Below are positions 18,486 to 29,900 of a stretch of 64,000 nt of DNA, in pieces; position 1 is the first letter of the stretch; each line of letters begins with the position of its first letter. The DNA lies in the IMG/VR virus record IMGVR_UViG_3300027747_002638, one strand, 5' to 3'. This DNA comes from a virus. The notes beneath the pieces were generated by a model. The model ran no database searches. It was not told the origin of the DNA and worked only from the letters and a program-made list of their open reading frames with translations. Both the position numbers and the translations under genes were made by a program.

Positions 18486-19224
18486 TTTACACGGTAGATT
18501 AGGGGAAGAGATAGGAGAAACATGGCATTTAAATGTTACTTCTGTATCAGAAGCTATGAGAGCAATAGAAGCAAATACTAGAACTTTTAGAAAGTGGCTA
18601 CTAGATAACTCTAAAACAAAAGGTTATTCTTCATACGCAATACTTATAAACAATAAACCAGTAGAAATTAAAAATCAAGAAAATATAAATGAATTTAAAA
18701 ATTCAGAAGTATTTATGGAATATGGAGAAAAACTTCAAACAATAGATCTTATACCAGAAGTAATGGGATCTCGTAGCGCTATAATGTTTGTTGTTGCAAC
18801 AGTTTTAATTATTACAGCAATTTTTGTTCCACCATTAGCTCCAGTTTTAATATTAGGCGCAATTGGATTAATAGCTGCTGGTGTTACTAGTTTATTAAGT
18901 AAACCACCACCACTTATTCCATATAATGCGCAACAAGCAGATCCTATAAGCACTTCTGCAGGAGAAGTTGGAGGCCCAAGTTCTTATCTTTTTAATGGCC
19001 CAGTAAATACAGTTGGTGAAGGAGGACCAGTCCCAGTAGGATATGGTACTTTATTAATTGGATCAAATAATGTATTTGCATCTTATGATGTTCAATATAA
19101 AACATCTAGAAGAGGAATTACTGCTGCTGGAAATACAGTATCTTCTGGATCTTATACATATTTATTTGATTCTAATTGTAGATTAATGGGTCAAAAACCA
19201 ACAATAAACGAAATAAATTTCTAA
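18472..19224 (+). CDS. Tail assembly protein, lambda gpI-like
   Basis: VNLHGRLG..SVSEAMRAI, hydrophobic segment, SYLFNGPVNTVGEGGPVPVGYG. Confidence 0.9.
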   Translation: MVTVNLHGRLGEEIGETWHLNVTSVSEAMRAIEANTRTFRKWLLDNSKTKGYSSYAILINNKPVEIKNQENINEFKNSEVFMEYGEKLQTIDLIPEVMGSRSAIMFVVATVLIITAIFVPPLAPVLILGAIGLIAAGVTSLLSKPPPLIPYNAQQADPISTSAGEVGGPSSYLFNGPVNTVGEGGPVPVGYGTLLIGSNNVFASYDVQYKTSRRGITAAGNTVSSGSYTYLFDSNCRLMGQKPTINEINF

Positions 19225-19225
19225 T

Positions 19226-22200
19226 ATGGCAGGAGCAACAAATCTTAGCGCAGAAGGACTAGAATACCTTTGGTATCCAGGAACCATAGGATTAACTTTT
19301 GCTGGAATGACTTTCCCAGAAAGTGAATGCATAGATAGCGCTCCAGGAGTTAGTTCACTTAGTTTTAGTGGTTATGATCCTATGGGAGCTTTTGATTTTT
19401 ATTTTAATAATGGAATAAGTGGATATAAAACTTACTCTAGTCAAATTATGACATTTGATGGCTTAAGTAATCTTTGGCAATTTAATTCTGCTGTTGATTC
19501 TGTAGTAAATATTAGTTATCTTCGAGGTGCCCCAAATTTCAATAGCTTATATTCAATTGTTTATGGCGGAAGCGCTTTTGATCCAGTAAATTACGGTAAA
19601 ACTACTTTAATAAGTGGTACGACTGGAAATGTTGCAATAACTAGCATAAATAAAATAGGAGTATTAGATTTAATTTGCGAAGGGCCAATAGAAGGTTTTG
19701 TAACAGGAACTTATTTTTATAGTTATTCTGGAAAAAATACTGGAGATATTGGATATACTTCATATTCTTTTATTCCATTTAATAGTTCTGGTTTTTATGG
19801 CGGATCAGAAGATGGAAATCAATATCTTGAAACTCCACCAGAATCTCGTTCAATTTTTTGGAATGATATTCCAATTGTTCAAAAGAATGGAGCGTATAAT
19901 TTTAAATCAGTAAACTATAAATATACTATAGGTGATCCTAATTTGCATACTCAAATGAGTCCCACAATAAATTTATTTGAAGATAGATATAGCTATTTTG
20001 GAAATCAAATAGATAAATTTAAATATCCTCTTGTAACTTCAAGAACAAAATCAATAAATGAAAGACTTTTTGGATCAATTATAACTACTGGTATTACTGA
20101 CGTTGGATTTCCTAAATCTTATAATGTATATAATACAGATGTTTCTGCTATAAAATTAAATTTTAAAATTAATGGATTAAGTGAAACGATTGTTTCAGTT
20201 GGATCTGGAAATCAAGGGGATGTTTATAAACAAACTCTTAAAATTAATTTTTTGTTATTTAGACTTTTTAGAGATGGTAGTACCGCATTAATAGATGCTT
20301 CTCAATTTTATCCATATAAAAGTCAATATTATTTTAACCATAGTATTTTACTTAGAGGAAAAGTAAGCAGCCCAATGTTAAGTTCTTATCAATATTGTTT
20401 TCGACCATTTGCAGAAAATTTTCCAGCTTTTCAAATCATGCAAAATCAAATTGGATGGTCGGTTACAGTAACTAAAATAACTCAAGAAGGTTTACCTCCA
20501 GGAGTGACAAACTCTTGTTCAGTTGATAGCATAACAGAAATTTATAGTGATAGATTTGTTTATCCTAATGTTGCAATGGTTTACAATGAATTTGATGCTA
20601 GATATTTTAATAGCGTTCCAACAAGAAGTTATAAAATGAGACTTTTAAAAGTTAAAATCCCAAATAATTATGATCCAATTACAAGAAGTTATAACGGTTA
20701 TTGGGATGGTACATTTAAATTAGCATGGACAGATAATCCTGCCTGGTGTTATTATGATTTAATTACCAATAATAGATATGGGTTAGGTAAGTATATTGAT
20801 TCATCCTTAGTTGATAAATGGAATCTTTATGAAATTGCACAATACTGCGATCAATTAGTTCCAGATGGTAATGGTGGTTTAGAACCAAGATTTACTTGTA
20901 ATTTAATGATTTCAGCAAAAGATGAAGCTTATAAAGTTTTGAATGATATGGCTTCAATATTTCGAGGGATAACTTATTATTCTGCTGGATTAGTTTTTGC
21001 AAATCAAGATAGACCCAAAAATATTATTTATTCATTTAATAACGCAAATGTTGTAGATGGTAAATTTACATATTCAGATAGTTCAAGAAGAGTTAGAAAA
21101 ACCGTAGCAACTATTAGATACAACAATGAAGATGATAATTATAAACCAGCAATAGAATATGTAGAATATAGACCTGGAATATTAAAATATGGAATAAGAG
21201 AAATTGCAGTTACTGCATTTGGTTGTACAAGCAAAAACCAAGCAAGAAGATTAGGAAAATGGTATTTGATTACAGAAAATTTAGAAACGGAAACAGTAGT
21301 TTTTGATGCAGGATTAGATGCTGGATATCTTATTCCAGGAGATTTAGTTCAAATTTATGATCAAAATAGAAAAAATGTAAATTTTGCTGGAAGAACGAAA
21401 GAATTATCTACAGGATCTGCGACTCTTGATTTACCATATAATACTGGAATATTAAATAATTTAACTGGATTTAAGAGTAATTTTGATATTTTCTTCTTAA
21501 CTCCTACTTACAATTTAAATTACGGAACAGACCTAGGTAATGATTATATAACTGGTTACAATATAACCTCAAGCGGTGCGACAGGATTAAACTCGGATTT
21601 CTTTAGAAGAAGCGCTGTTCAAAAAATGACTATACCATTACCAACTCAAAACTATATAACAAGAGGAACTGGAGTTTATTCAGACAATATTAGAATAATA
21701 TTTCCTTCTGGTTTGAACGGATCAGGATATAGTTTATTGGAAAATGCTGTATGGAATATAGATGTAAATACTAGTGGATATACTGGCATAGATATTATAT
21801 CGCCAATAAATAATCCTTCTAGTTTAACATATCCAGGCGCATTATATGATGGATATTTAAATGAACCACAAATTTATAGAATTTTAAATATAAAAGAAGA
21901 TCCAGAAAATAAAACATATAATGTATCAGCTATGCAATATGTACCAGCAAAATATGGAGAAATAGATTTAGACGCGCAATTAATAAATGTACCTAATAAA
22001 CCTTTACTTCCTGGCGCTCCAAATGTAATTTTAAGCGGTTTATATAGAGATGCAGCTGGTAATTTAACAGGATCAAATAGATTATTGTATCAAGGAGTTC
22101 AAACTGCGATTGGAATTAATAGCGTAGCTTATTCTATATCTCCATCTACAAATGGTTCTTATATTAGTCAATATTTAATTTATATGAGAACAGGTACAGC

Positions 22201-22471
22201 TTTTACTAGTTTAACAAATGATCAAACAGACCTAATAGATATACAACCAGCCAATGTTAATACTGGATTTTATCCAACTGATCTTATTAATGGAAGAGAG
22301 TTAGGATTATATCCTCCATATTTTACTCCTCAATATTCTGGAACTTTTTACTTTAAAATTTATGCACAAAATTCATTAAACGAAGCATCAAGTCCAACAT
22401 TAGGCTCTTTCACTTTAACGAGTCAAGCTCCTTTAGATAGAGTTCAGGCTTCTGGAGTTAACATATTATGA
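19226..22471 (+). CDS. Central tail fibre / tip protein, lambda gpJ-like
   Basis: DLICEGPIEG, YNGYWDGTFKLAWTDNPAWC, QYCDQLVPDG, EPRFTCN, AFGCTSKNQARRLGKW. Confidence 0.93.
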   Translation: MAGATNLSAEGLEYLWYPGTIGLTFAGMTFPESECIDSAPGVSSLSFSGYDPMGAFDFYFNNGISGYKTYSSQIMTFDGLSNLWQFNSAVDSVVNISYLRGAPNFNSLYSIVYGGSAFDPVNYGKTTLISGTTGNVAITSINKIGVLDLICEGPIEGFVTGTYFYSYSGKNTGDIGYTSYSFIPFNSSGFYGGSEDGNQYLETPPESRSIFWNDIPIVQKNGAYNFKSVNYKYTIGDPNLHTQMSPTINLFEDRYSYFGNQIDKFKYPLVTSRTKSINERLFGSIITTGITDVGFPKSYNVYNTDVSAIKLNFKINGLSETIVSVGSGNQGDVYKQTLKINFLLFRLFRDGSTALIDASQFYPYKSQYYFNHSILLRGKVSSPMLSSYQYCFRPFAENFPAFQIMQNQIGWSVTVTKITQEGLPPGVTNSCSVDSITEIYSDRFVYPNVAMVYNEFDARYFNSVPTRSYKMRLLKVKIPNNYDPITRSYNGYWDGTFKLAWTDNPAWCYYDLITNNRYGLGKYIDSSLVDKWNLYEIAQYCDQLVPDGNGGLEPRFTCNLMISAKDEAYKVLNDMASIFRGITYYSAGLVFANQDRPKNIIYSFNNANVVDGKFTYSDSSRRVRKTVATIRYNNEDDNYKPAIEYVEYRPGILKYGIREIAVTAFGCTSKNQARRLGKWYLITENLETETVVFDAGLDAGYLIPGDLVQIYDQNRKNVNFAGRTKELSTGSATLDLPYNTGILNNLTGFKSNFDIFFLTPTYNLNYGTDLGNDYITGYNITSSGATGLNSDFFRRSAVQKMTIPLPTQNYITRGTGVYSDNIRIIFPSGLNGSGYSLLENAVWNIDVNTSGYTGIDIISPINNPSSLTYPGALYDGYLNEPQIYRILNIKEDPENKTYNVSAMQYVPAKYGEIDLDAQLINVPNKPLLPGAPNVILSGLYRDAAGNLTGSNRLLYQGVQTAIGINSVAYSISPSTNGSYISQYLIYMRTGTAFTSLTNDQTDLIDIQPANVNTGFYPTDLINGRELGLYPPYFTPQYSGTFYFKIYAQNSLNEASSPTLGSFTLTSQAPLDRVQASGVNIL

Positions 22472-23904
22472 AGCTTTTAGCTAAAAATTTAAATTTAAAA
22501 TTAACTTGGGAATTATCATCAGCTCTTCCAGCATTATATGCTAATAAATTAATACCAACTAAATATTTTCCAAATTTTAATGTAGATATTTATGATAAAG
22601 AAAATAATCTTTTACAAAGTTTTAAAAATATTGATTCAAAAAAAGAAATAGAAAAATATATTGTACCAAACGAAATTTTATATCCATCCAAAGAATCCAT
22701 AGAAGGCACAAGAATTCAGAAAGATCTTCAATCAGAGAAAAATATTCAAAAAGTTTTAGAAAATTATTTTGAATATCCTTTCCTTTCTAATTATAAAAAA
22801 TATAAACAAATAAAAAATAAAATAGGATTTTTTGATAATTTAAAATTTGATATTACTTTTAATTCAAAAGAACCATCTTATTTAAATTTTGAAGTCGAAT
22901 ATCCAAAACTTAATACTTTAAAAATAGATTCTATTTTTAATAAAATTTACAGAAGTAATGATTATTATTCAATTAAATTTTTAATAAATACAGAAAATTG
23001 GAATGAAAGCCAAGCCTATTCATTATTAATATTCCCTTCTTATAAGGATACGAAATTAAATAAAATTTTAATAGAAAATGTAAGTAGTTTATGGCTTAAT
23101 TCAATAGATGAATTAAAACTATTAACCGTTCCATTTGTTGAAACTGGATTAGTTGAAAATTTGAACTCTTTAGATCTTAAAATATATGTTTTAAATAAAA
23201 TTCAATTAGACTTATATAAATTCCTTGGTGATTTTGAATTTCCAGAAGATATAGAAAACTTTTTTTCAAGTACTTATTCTGACCAAATTATAAATGTTTC
23301 TTTGGACCAAAATAATAATAAAAATGGATTCTTTCAAGGAAGTTTATATTCATTTAATGATGAAAATTTTAATGCATTATCTTGGCCTAAAAATGAACTA
23401 TTAATTAATAATTTAAACTATAAAAATTACTTTCCAATTTCTAATTATAACAGTAAAGATACTATTTTAATAGAAGAGCAAGCAATTATTAACAATGTAT
23501 TATCTATATTCAATTCTCAAGATATGGAATCAAATCAAATAGGATTATATTATAATAATATATATGAGTCCTGTGCTCAAGATATACCATTCTTTAATTT
23601 TTTAAATTTAAATAGCCTAGAAATCGTTGAAGTCAGAAACTTAAATGGTAATATTCAGATATTTTTAGAAGCAACAACTAATATAGAAAATATAGAAAAC
23701 ATATATATAGAAAGTTCTTCTAATTTAATATTACAAAATAAATACTTAAAAAATATAAATGGTAAAGCTTATACGGCTATATTATTTTTATACGAATATT
23801 CAAAATTAGAAGTAATAAATAAATCTTTACAAGATAACTTACAAGTAGATCAAATAATTTATAAAAAAGTGCCAATTAGTTTTTCTTGGAAAATTATAAA
23901 TTAA
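22468..23904 (+). CDS. Hypothetical N/K/I-rich protein
   Basis: 478-aa ORF with an ATGA overlap to gpJ; its stop overlaps the tape measure stop (TTAA). Confidence 0.65.
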   Translation: MKLLAKNLNLKLTWELSSALPALYANKLIPTKYFPNFNVDIYDKENNLLQSFKNIDSKKEIEKYIVPNEILYPSKESIEGTRIQKDLQSEKNIQKVLENYFEYPFLSNYKKYKQIKNKIGFFDNLKFDITFNSKEPSYLNFEVEYPKLNTLKIDSIFNKIYRSNDYYSIKFLINTENWNESQAYSLLIFPSYKDTKLNKILIENVSSLWLNSIDELKLLTVPFVETGLVENLNSLDLKIYVLNKIQLDLYKFLGDFEFPEDIENFFSSTYSDQIINVSLDQNNNKNGFFQGSLYSFNDENFNALSWPKNELLINNLNYKNYFPISNYNSKDTILIEEQAIINNVLSIFNSQDMESNQIGLYYNNIYESCAQDIPFFNFLNLNSLEIVEVRNLNGNIQIFLEATTNIENIENIYIESSSNLILQNKYLKNINGKAYTAILFLYEYSKLEVINKSLQDNLQVDQIIYKKVPISFSWKIIN

Positions 23905-26900
23905 TTTTTCATTGTATACTTGCTACTACTTAACATTCCGCCTGGTCTTTGCTCGGTATTTAGAACTTTAATAACTTCAGATTTAATTCTATCTGATAAT
24001 TTTCTATTTTTCTCTAATTCATCTCTTCGGTCTTGATCAGTTGTAATTTTATCGTTTGATTGACTATTTGCGGTACTAGTTTCAACAGATGAACTCTTAT
24101 CTATATTTACTGTTATATTAATATTATTAGTATTTGATACAGAAGATTGAGTTTCTGATTGATTTAATCCTGCATTTTGATTTCCTACCGATCCTCCATC
24201 TGCAAATTTATTTATTCTTCCAGAATTTAATGAATCAAAAAATCCTTTACCATACCTATTAACCGTATCTTTATTAACGACATATTCTCCATCCATTAAT
24301 AATGCTGGCACATTATCTTTATATGGAGAACCACCTTTAGCATACCCTTTTCTAATAGTTGGAACAGTTCCTCTTAATCCATAATTATTTGCTTGAACTG
24401 GTGGGCCGAATTTCATGCTTCCAGCAGAATAATCTCCACCTCTCCAATTTGCCCATCCTTTGTTAGATGTTCCTCCAAAAGCTTCTGATAAAACTTGTTT
24501 AATCGCTGGAACACCATATTGACTAAGTGCACCACCACCCACAGTCATTCCTGCTTGTAATAATGAACCCCAGAATAAATTATTTTGTTGTTTATTATAA
24601 GCGTCTCTATTTTGTTTATTTAATTGATCTACCCTAGCTTTTTCTTGTCGATTTCTTTCTGCAAGATCTGCAAGATATTGATCATAATTAGAAACTTCAT
24701 TTTGAAATGTTAATAATCTTTGAACTTTTTCATTTCTTAATTGATTCATTGGATTATTTTCATCTAATATTGCTTGAGGAGATAATCTTGGATCAAAGAA
24801 ATATGATCCTTCTGTTGGTAATCCATATTTAGTTGCACCAGTAGTATAAAAATCATTTAATAAATCTGAAGAAAATGCTCCGCCAGTATCTGTTCTTTGA
24901 GATGAAACATCTGAACCAACCGATGTCATAGCTATTGGCCAATTATTTACTTTTATCCATTCGTTAGGATCTCCTATTTTTGATCCTACTCCAAACCCTC
25001 CTCCGTCAGCTTTTTTAACTGTTCTTCCACTATTTAAACTATCTAAGAAATCTTTTCCATATTTTTCTACAGCAGCTTTTTTAACTACATATTCTCCTTT
25101 ACTTAAATATGCTGGAATATCATCTCTTACTCCTGATCCACCAGTAACATGTCCACCAATTGCATATCCTTTAATAAAACCACCATTTTTTCTTCCTAAT
25201 GGGCTTTTTAATAGATCACTAATTCCACCTACAGAGCTAAATACGCTATTAAATATAAGATTAGTTGACATTTCTAATGCTAACTGTTGAATTCTTCTTG
25301 ATATATTTAAAGCCATTGTAGTAAATGCATCACCTACTGTTTGCGTTCCTTCTATAACAGACTGAAATGCATTATTAAATTCTGATTTAATAGTTCTTGC
25401 TGTATCAGAAGCTGTATTATTTAAATCTCTCATTACATCTTGAGTTCCATATGCAAATTCATCTTGGAAACTTTGTAATGTATCCATTGGTGTATAATCA
25501 CCACCTCGGATTGCTTTTTCTCTTGCGGCTGCTCTAGCTTGTTTAAATTCATCGCTAAAAGCTGTACCTTCTCTAAATTTAGCTTCTGCTATTAAACTTT
25601 CTACGGTTGCTTCTATTGCAAAATTTAATTTTGTGATATTATCACCTAAAGTTTTTGTTAATTCTGCTTCTTTTTCTTTATATGTATTTAAAGCTTCTTG
25701 TCTTAATGATGTATCAGATATAGAAGAACTCATCGCTATTAAACTTTTTTGTGTCATAGCGGCAGAAGTATTTATATCATTAATTGTTGTTTGTAATTGT
25801 ACAAAAGCCTCATCTGTAAGTTTACCACCATTAGCTACAACGGACGCGCTTGTTTCTTTTAAAGCCTCACCTAATTGTTTTGTATATTTTAATCTTTTCT
25901 CTTCGTCAACTGTACCGCCGAAAACTCCAGCCATACCTTGACTGAAGGCGCCACCTACTACTGCATTAGGTCTAAATTGCTTACCAGTTGTTTGTAAGAA
26001 GTCTTCTACTAAACTACCAAAATCTGCTTGTTGTAAAAGTTTATTTCCAGTATCCCTTACGTTATTATCTTTGTTAAATAAATCAATTAATCTATCTTCT
26101 AATTGTAAAAGATTAAATGCTGTTTTTAATCTTCTCTTTTCTGCAACCGCTAAAGCATCAGATGCATTTGCTAAATTTTTATATATTTTTTCTAATTCTG
26201 CACCCTTTGTTCCAATATCTAATGAAGATTTTAAAACATTTGTTATCTGATCTTTTAAATCTTTTCCAGTTTGAGGTAAAATTTCTCCAGAAGAAATTAA
26301 ATTATCTATAAAAGAACTTAAATTTTTACTAAAATTATCAATCGCAGTTTGACTTCTGGATTCTACTATATTACTTATAGCTCTATTTCTTCGTACTTCA
26401 AATGGTTGAGCGCGTCCAGTTGATATTCTTGCTATTTCTTTTTTAAGTTCTTCATCTGATATTGCTAATTTAGAAGCTGGACCTTTTGCTGTAAGTGTTG
26501 CAGATGAATTTCTTGCATCGTCTAGAGCTGATTTACTATTAATTAAAATTTCAGTTAATTTGTCAAAACTTGACATTACATCTTTATTTTTTGCAATTAA
26601 AGCTCCGAGTGATTCACCACTTCTAGTAGTCAAAACATTAAATTGTTTAAATACTTCACTAAATTTTTCTGCACTTTTAATATTTTCTGGTTTTAAAGTA
26701 TTTACGGAATCAATAAATTCTCTAATCTGTTTAGTAGAAGTTAATGCTGAAGATGCTTTTCCTAGGGCTTTTTGTAATTCATTCTCTGATCCACTTGCAA
26801 TAGCATCTACAATAGATTTTCCAATATCTGAATCTGAACTAGCGATTATTCTACTTAAAGCCTCATCTCTTGCTTTTGATGCAGCTTCAAGATTACCTTT

Positions 26901-29900
26901 TGATTCTCCAGTTCTAATTCCTCTTGCTGTTTCTCTATTTGTTAAGAATGCTTGTACGTCTTCAGAAAATCTTGCTAAATTAGATGTAGCTTGTTCAGTT
27001 AATTTTCGGTACTCTTCTGTTTTGTCTTTTAACTGCGCAAAAGCTTTAGTAAGCCCTATTGTTAACCCTATTAGACCTCCTACGGCTGCTCCATATTGGC
27101 CAAATATTGCTCCTGTTCCAGCGAAAGTTGCTGTATCGCTTGCTACTGTTGCTCCAAATCTTACCGCTTTATTTTCTGGTGCAAATTGCTCCGCTGTTTG
27201 AGCAACGATTGGAACAGCAATACTAGCCAATAATCCTGCATTTTGTAATCTACCTGCCGCTGCAGTTCTTCTTTGAGTTACTCTATCTAATGTCCCTCTG
27301 GCTGCTTCTCCATATCTTCCTTCTTGACTAGCTAATCTTTCTAATCTTGCTCGAGCTTTTCCTCCTCCAAAGACTCCAAATGCTCCAGCTGCTTCTTTTT
27401 CTAACCCAGATAAATACGTAGCAAATCTTTCGCTAGATGTTGAAACTCTTGTAAATAAACTTTTTACTTTTTGGGTACTTTGAGCTGTTAATTGATATGA
27501 TTGAGCAATTATTCCAGCTTCTTTTTCTGCTGTAGCGAGATCAATTTCTTGAGCTTTTAATCTCTTAGAAATTTTAGCTAAATCCTTAGCAACCTCACTA
27601 GATAATATATTAATATCTTTTACAGACATTCCAGCGACCGCTGTTTGCTCAAATTGAATGTTTTGTCCTGCAAAATTAGGTACAAATCCAAAAGCTGCTC
27701 CAGCTTTTCTTGCAGAAGATATTGATGAATATCTTGAAATTCCTTGATTTAATCCTTGTGGTTCATCTTGAGTATTATAAACTCCTAAACCTAATGGATT
27801 ACTTGACGCCATTAATTTGCCACTTTGACCGACTCTAATCTTTGAGTTTGGTACACCAGCTGAAATTTCTCTAGATACAGCCTGTTCTAGTGCTGAAAAA
27901 TTAGGTATAAATCCTGAAGCTGCTGTTCTTGGCTTTGGCAATAAAGGCCTAGTAGTAGCATCTCTATATGCTTTATCAATTATCTCTCTAGCTTGTTCAG
28001 CTGTTATTGTTCTTTTTGCGTCCGCTCTTAAAACTGGTGGAGAAAATCCAAATTTACTATTAAATGCATTTGTAGGTGGACTTGATTCTTCAAAATCAAA
28101 AGGTTTTTGAGCTGTATTTTGGTCAAAAGCTTTTTGTAAAGCTCCTCCGCGTTTTGTGCCTAAATTTACAGCTGCTTCAAAAATTGATCCCTCAGTTCCT
28201 GCTGGGAAAAGATTAACTCCAGCTTTTCTATTATTAGATGCAAGTAAAGATTTAAATTTTGGATCTGGACTTAATGGGCCAAAAATATCATTTGCAAGTT
28301 GAGCAAGTGGATCAACAAATAATTTATTAATTGCTGTAGAAAAAGAATTTTTATCTTGAATTTCGCTATTTTTTAAATCTTCAAGAGTTCTAGCTTGTAT
28401 TCCTTCAAATTTTACAGATCTTGGATCTTTTGTATAGCCTAATGTACTAAATGCAGTTTGAGCATCTATAGATCCTCTTCTTCCACCAACTCCAACTATT
28501 CCAAACTCACTCGCAGGTACAACAACTACTTCGCCTTGGCTAGTTTTTGCTCCAGACATTTTACCACTTTTAATTGCATCAATTTCTTTTTGAACTTCTG
28601 GAGTTATTTTATAACCTCTAGATTTTATAAAAGCATCTATATTTTGTCCCTTAGCTTCAGTAAATAAACTTTGTGCAATTTGTAAACTATTTTTAGCAAA
28701 ATTAGGTATAAATCCACTACTAGCATATGGATTAAATCCATGAATAGAAGAGAATTGATTTTGGTAATTTTTTCCAGCTTTGCTTTGTGATGGAGGCATA
28801 ATTGCTGGTTGAGATAATCCTGGAAATTTTTTAACAGTTTCTGCTGAATTATAAACAGTTTTTCCTACGCCAGAGATATTCATTTCTTTTATTTTTCCTG
28901 GTTTGTATCCACCAGATAATGCACCAGAAATTTCTGACATAGCATATGATGGTATAAATCCAGAGTTTGCCGTGGTAACTTGTCCACCTTTTACAGAAAC
29001 TCCTCTTCTTACTAATCCACCTGTGATAGTAGATGATAAACTAGAAGCTTGTGCTCTTATGGCGTTTTGTTCTTTTAATATTTGTAATATTTTATTTTCT
29101 ACGCTCAAAACTCCAATTTGTTTGCTTGCAATTGCTGCTAATAAAGTTGGTTCCTGGGTTAAGACTTGATTAATTTTATTTTGTAATTGTAATCTGCTGT
29201 CTGCTGCTTGATTTATTCCTAATAAAGTTTTAACAGAAGCTGCTGCGAATTGTCCTAAGTTTAGCAATAATTTTCCTAGAACTGCTGTAATTAAAACTAC
29301 TCCTGGTCCAGAGATGAAAGAAGAAATTCCATTCAATATTCCTTGTCCAATTTTAGATCCAACACTCTCAGTATCTTGATTGTTAATCATCTCTAAAAGA
29401 CCATTAACATTTTTTAGTGTTCCTTCTATCGCTGGTTGAAATGCTCCTGCTCCAACAGTTGCGCCTAATTGAGCTACATTATTTATAGTTCTATTAAATA
29501 AAGCGGCTAATGTTTCATTTAATGCTTGATTTCTTTTAAGAGCCTGATCTGTTGCAGATGTAGCGGTATTTAAAGCATTTTGATAAATTGAATATTCTTT
29601 ACCTAAATCTCCCAATGCTGCTTTCAAAATATTTATTTGGAAAACTCCACCAACAGTTTCTGCTACTTGAGATTTTTGTGCATCAGATAAAGTATCAAAT
29701 GTTGTACTTAATTGTTTTAAAATTTGTATTGCTGGTAAAGTATTACCTTCTAAATCTCTTACTCCAATTCCTAAAGCTTGTAATTGAGATAATACTTCTG
29801 GTCTTTCTATTCTCGTAAAGATAGTTTTAAGTGAATTACCTATTACAGCTCCACCTCTAGCAGTAGTTTGTTGAACGCTTGTAACGACAGCTAATAATTC

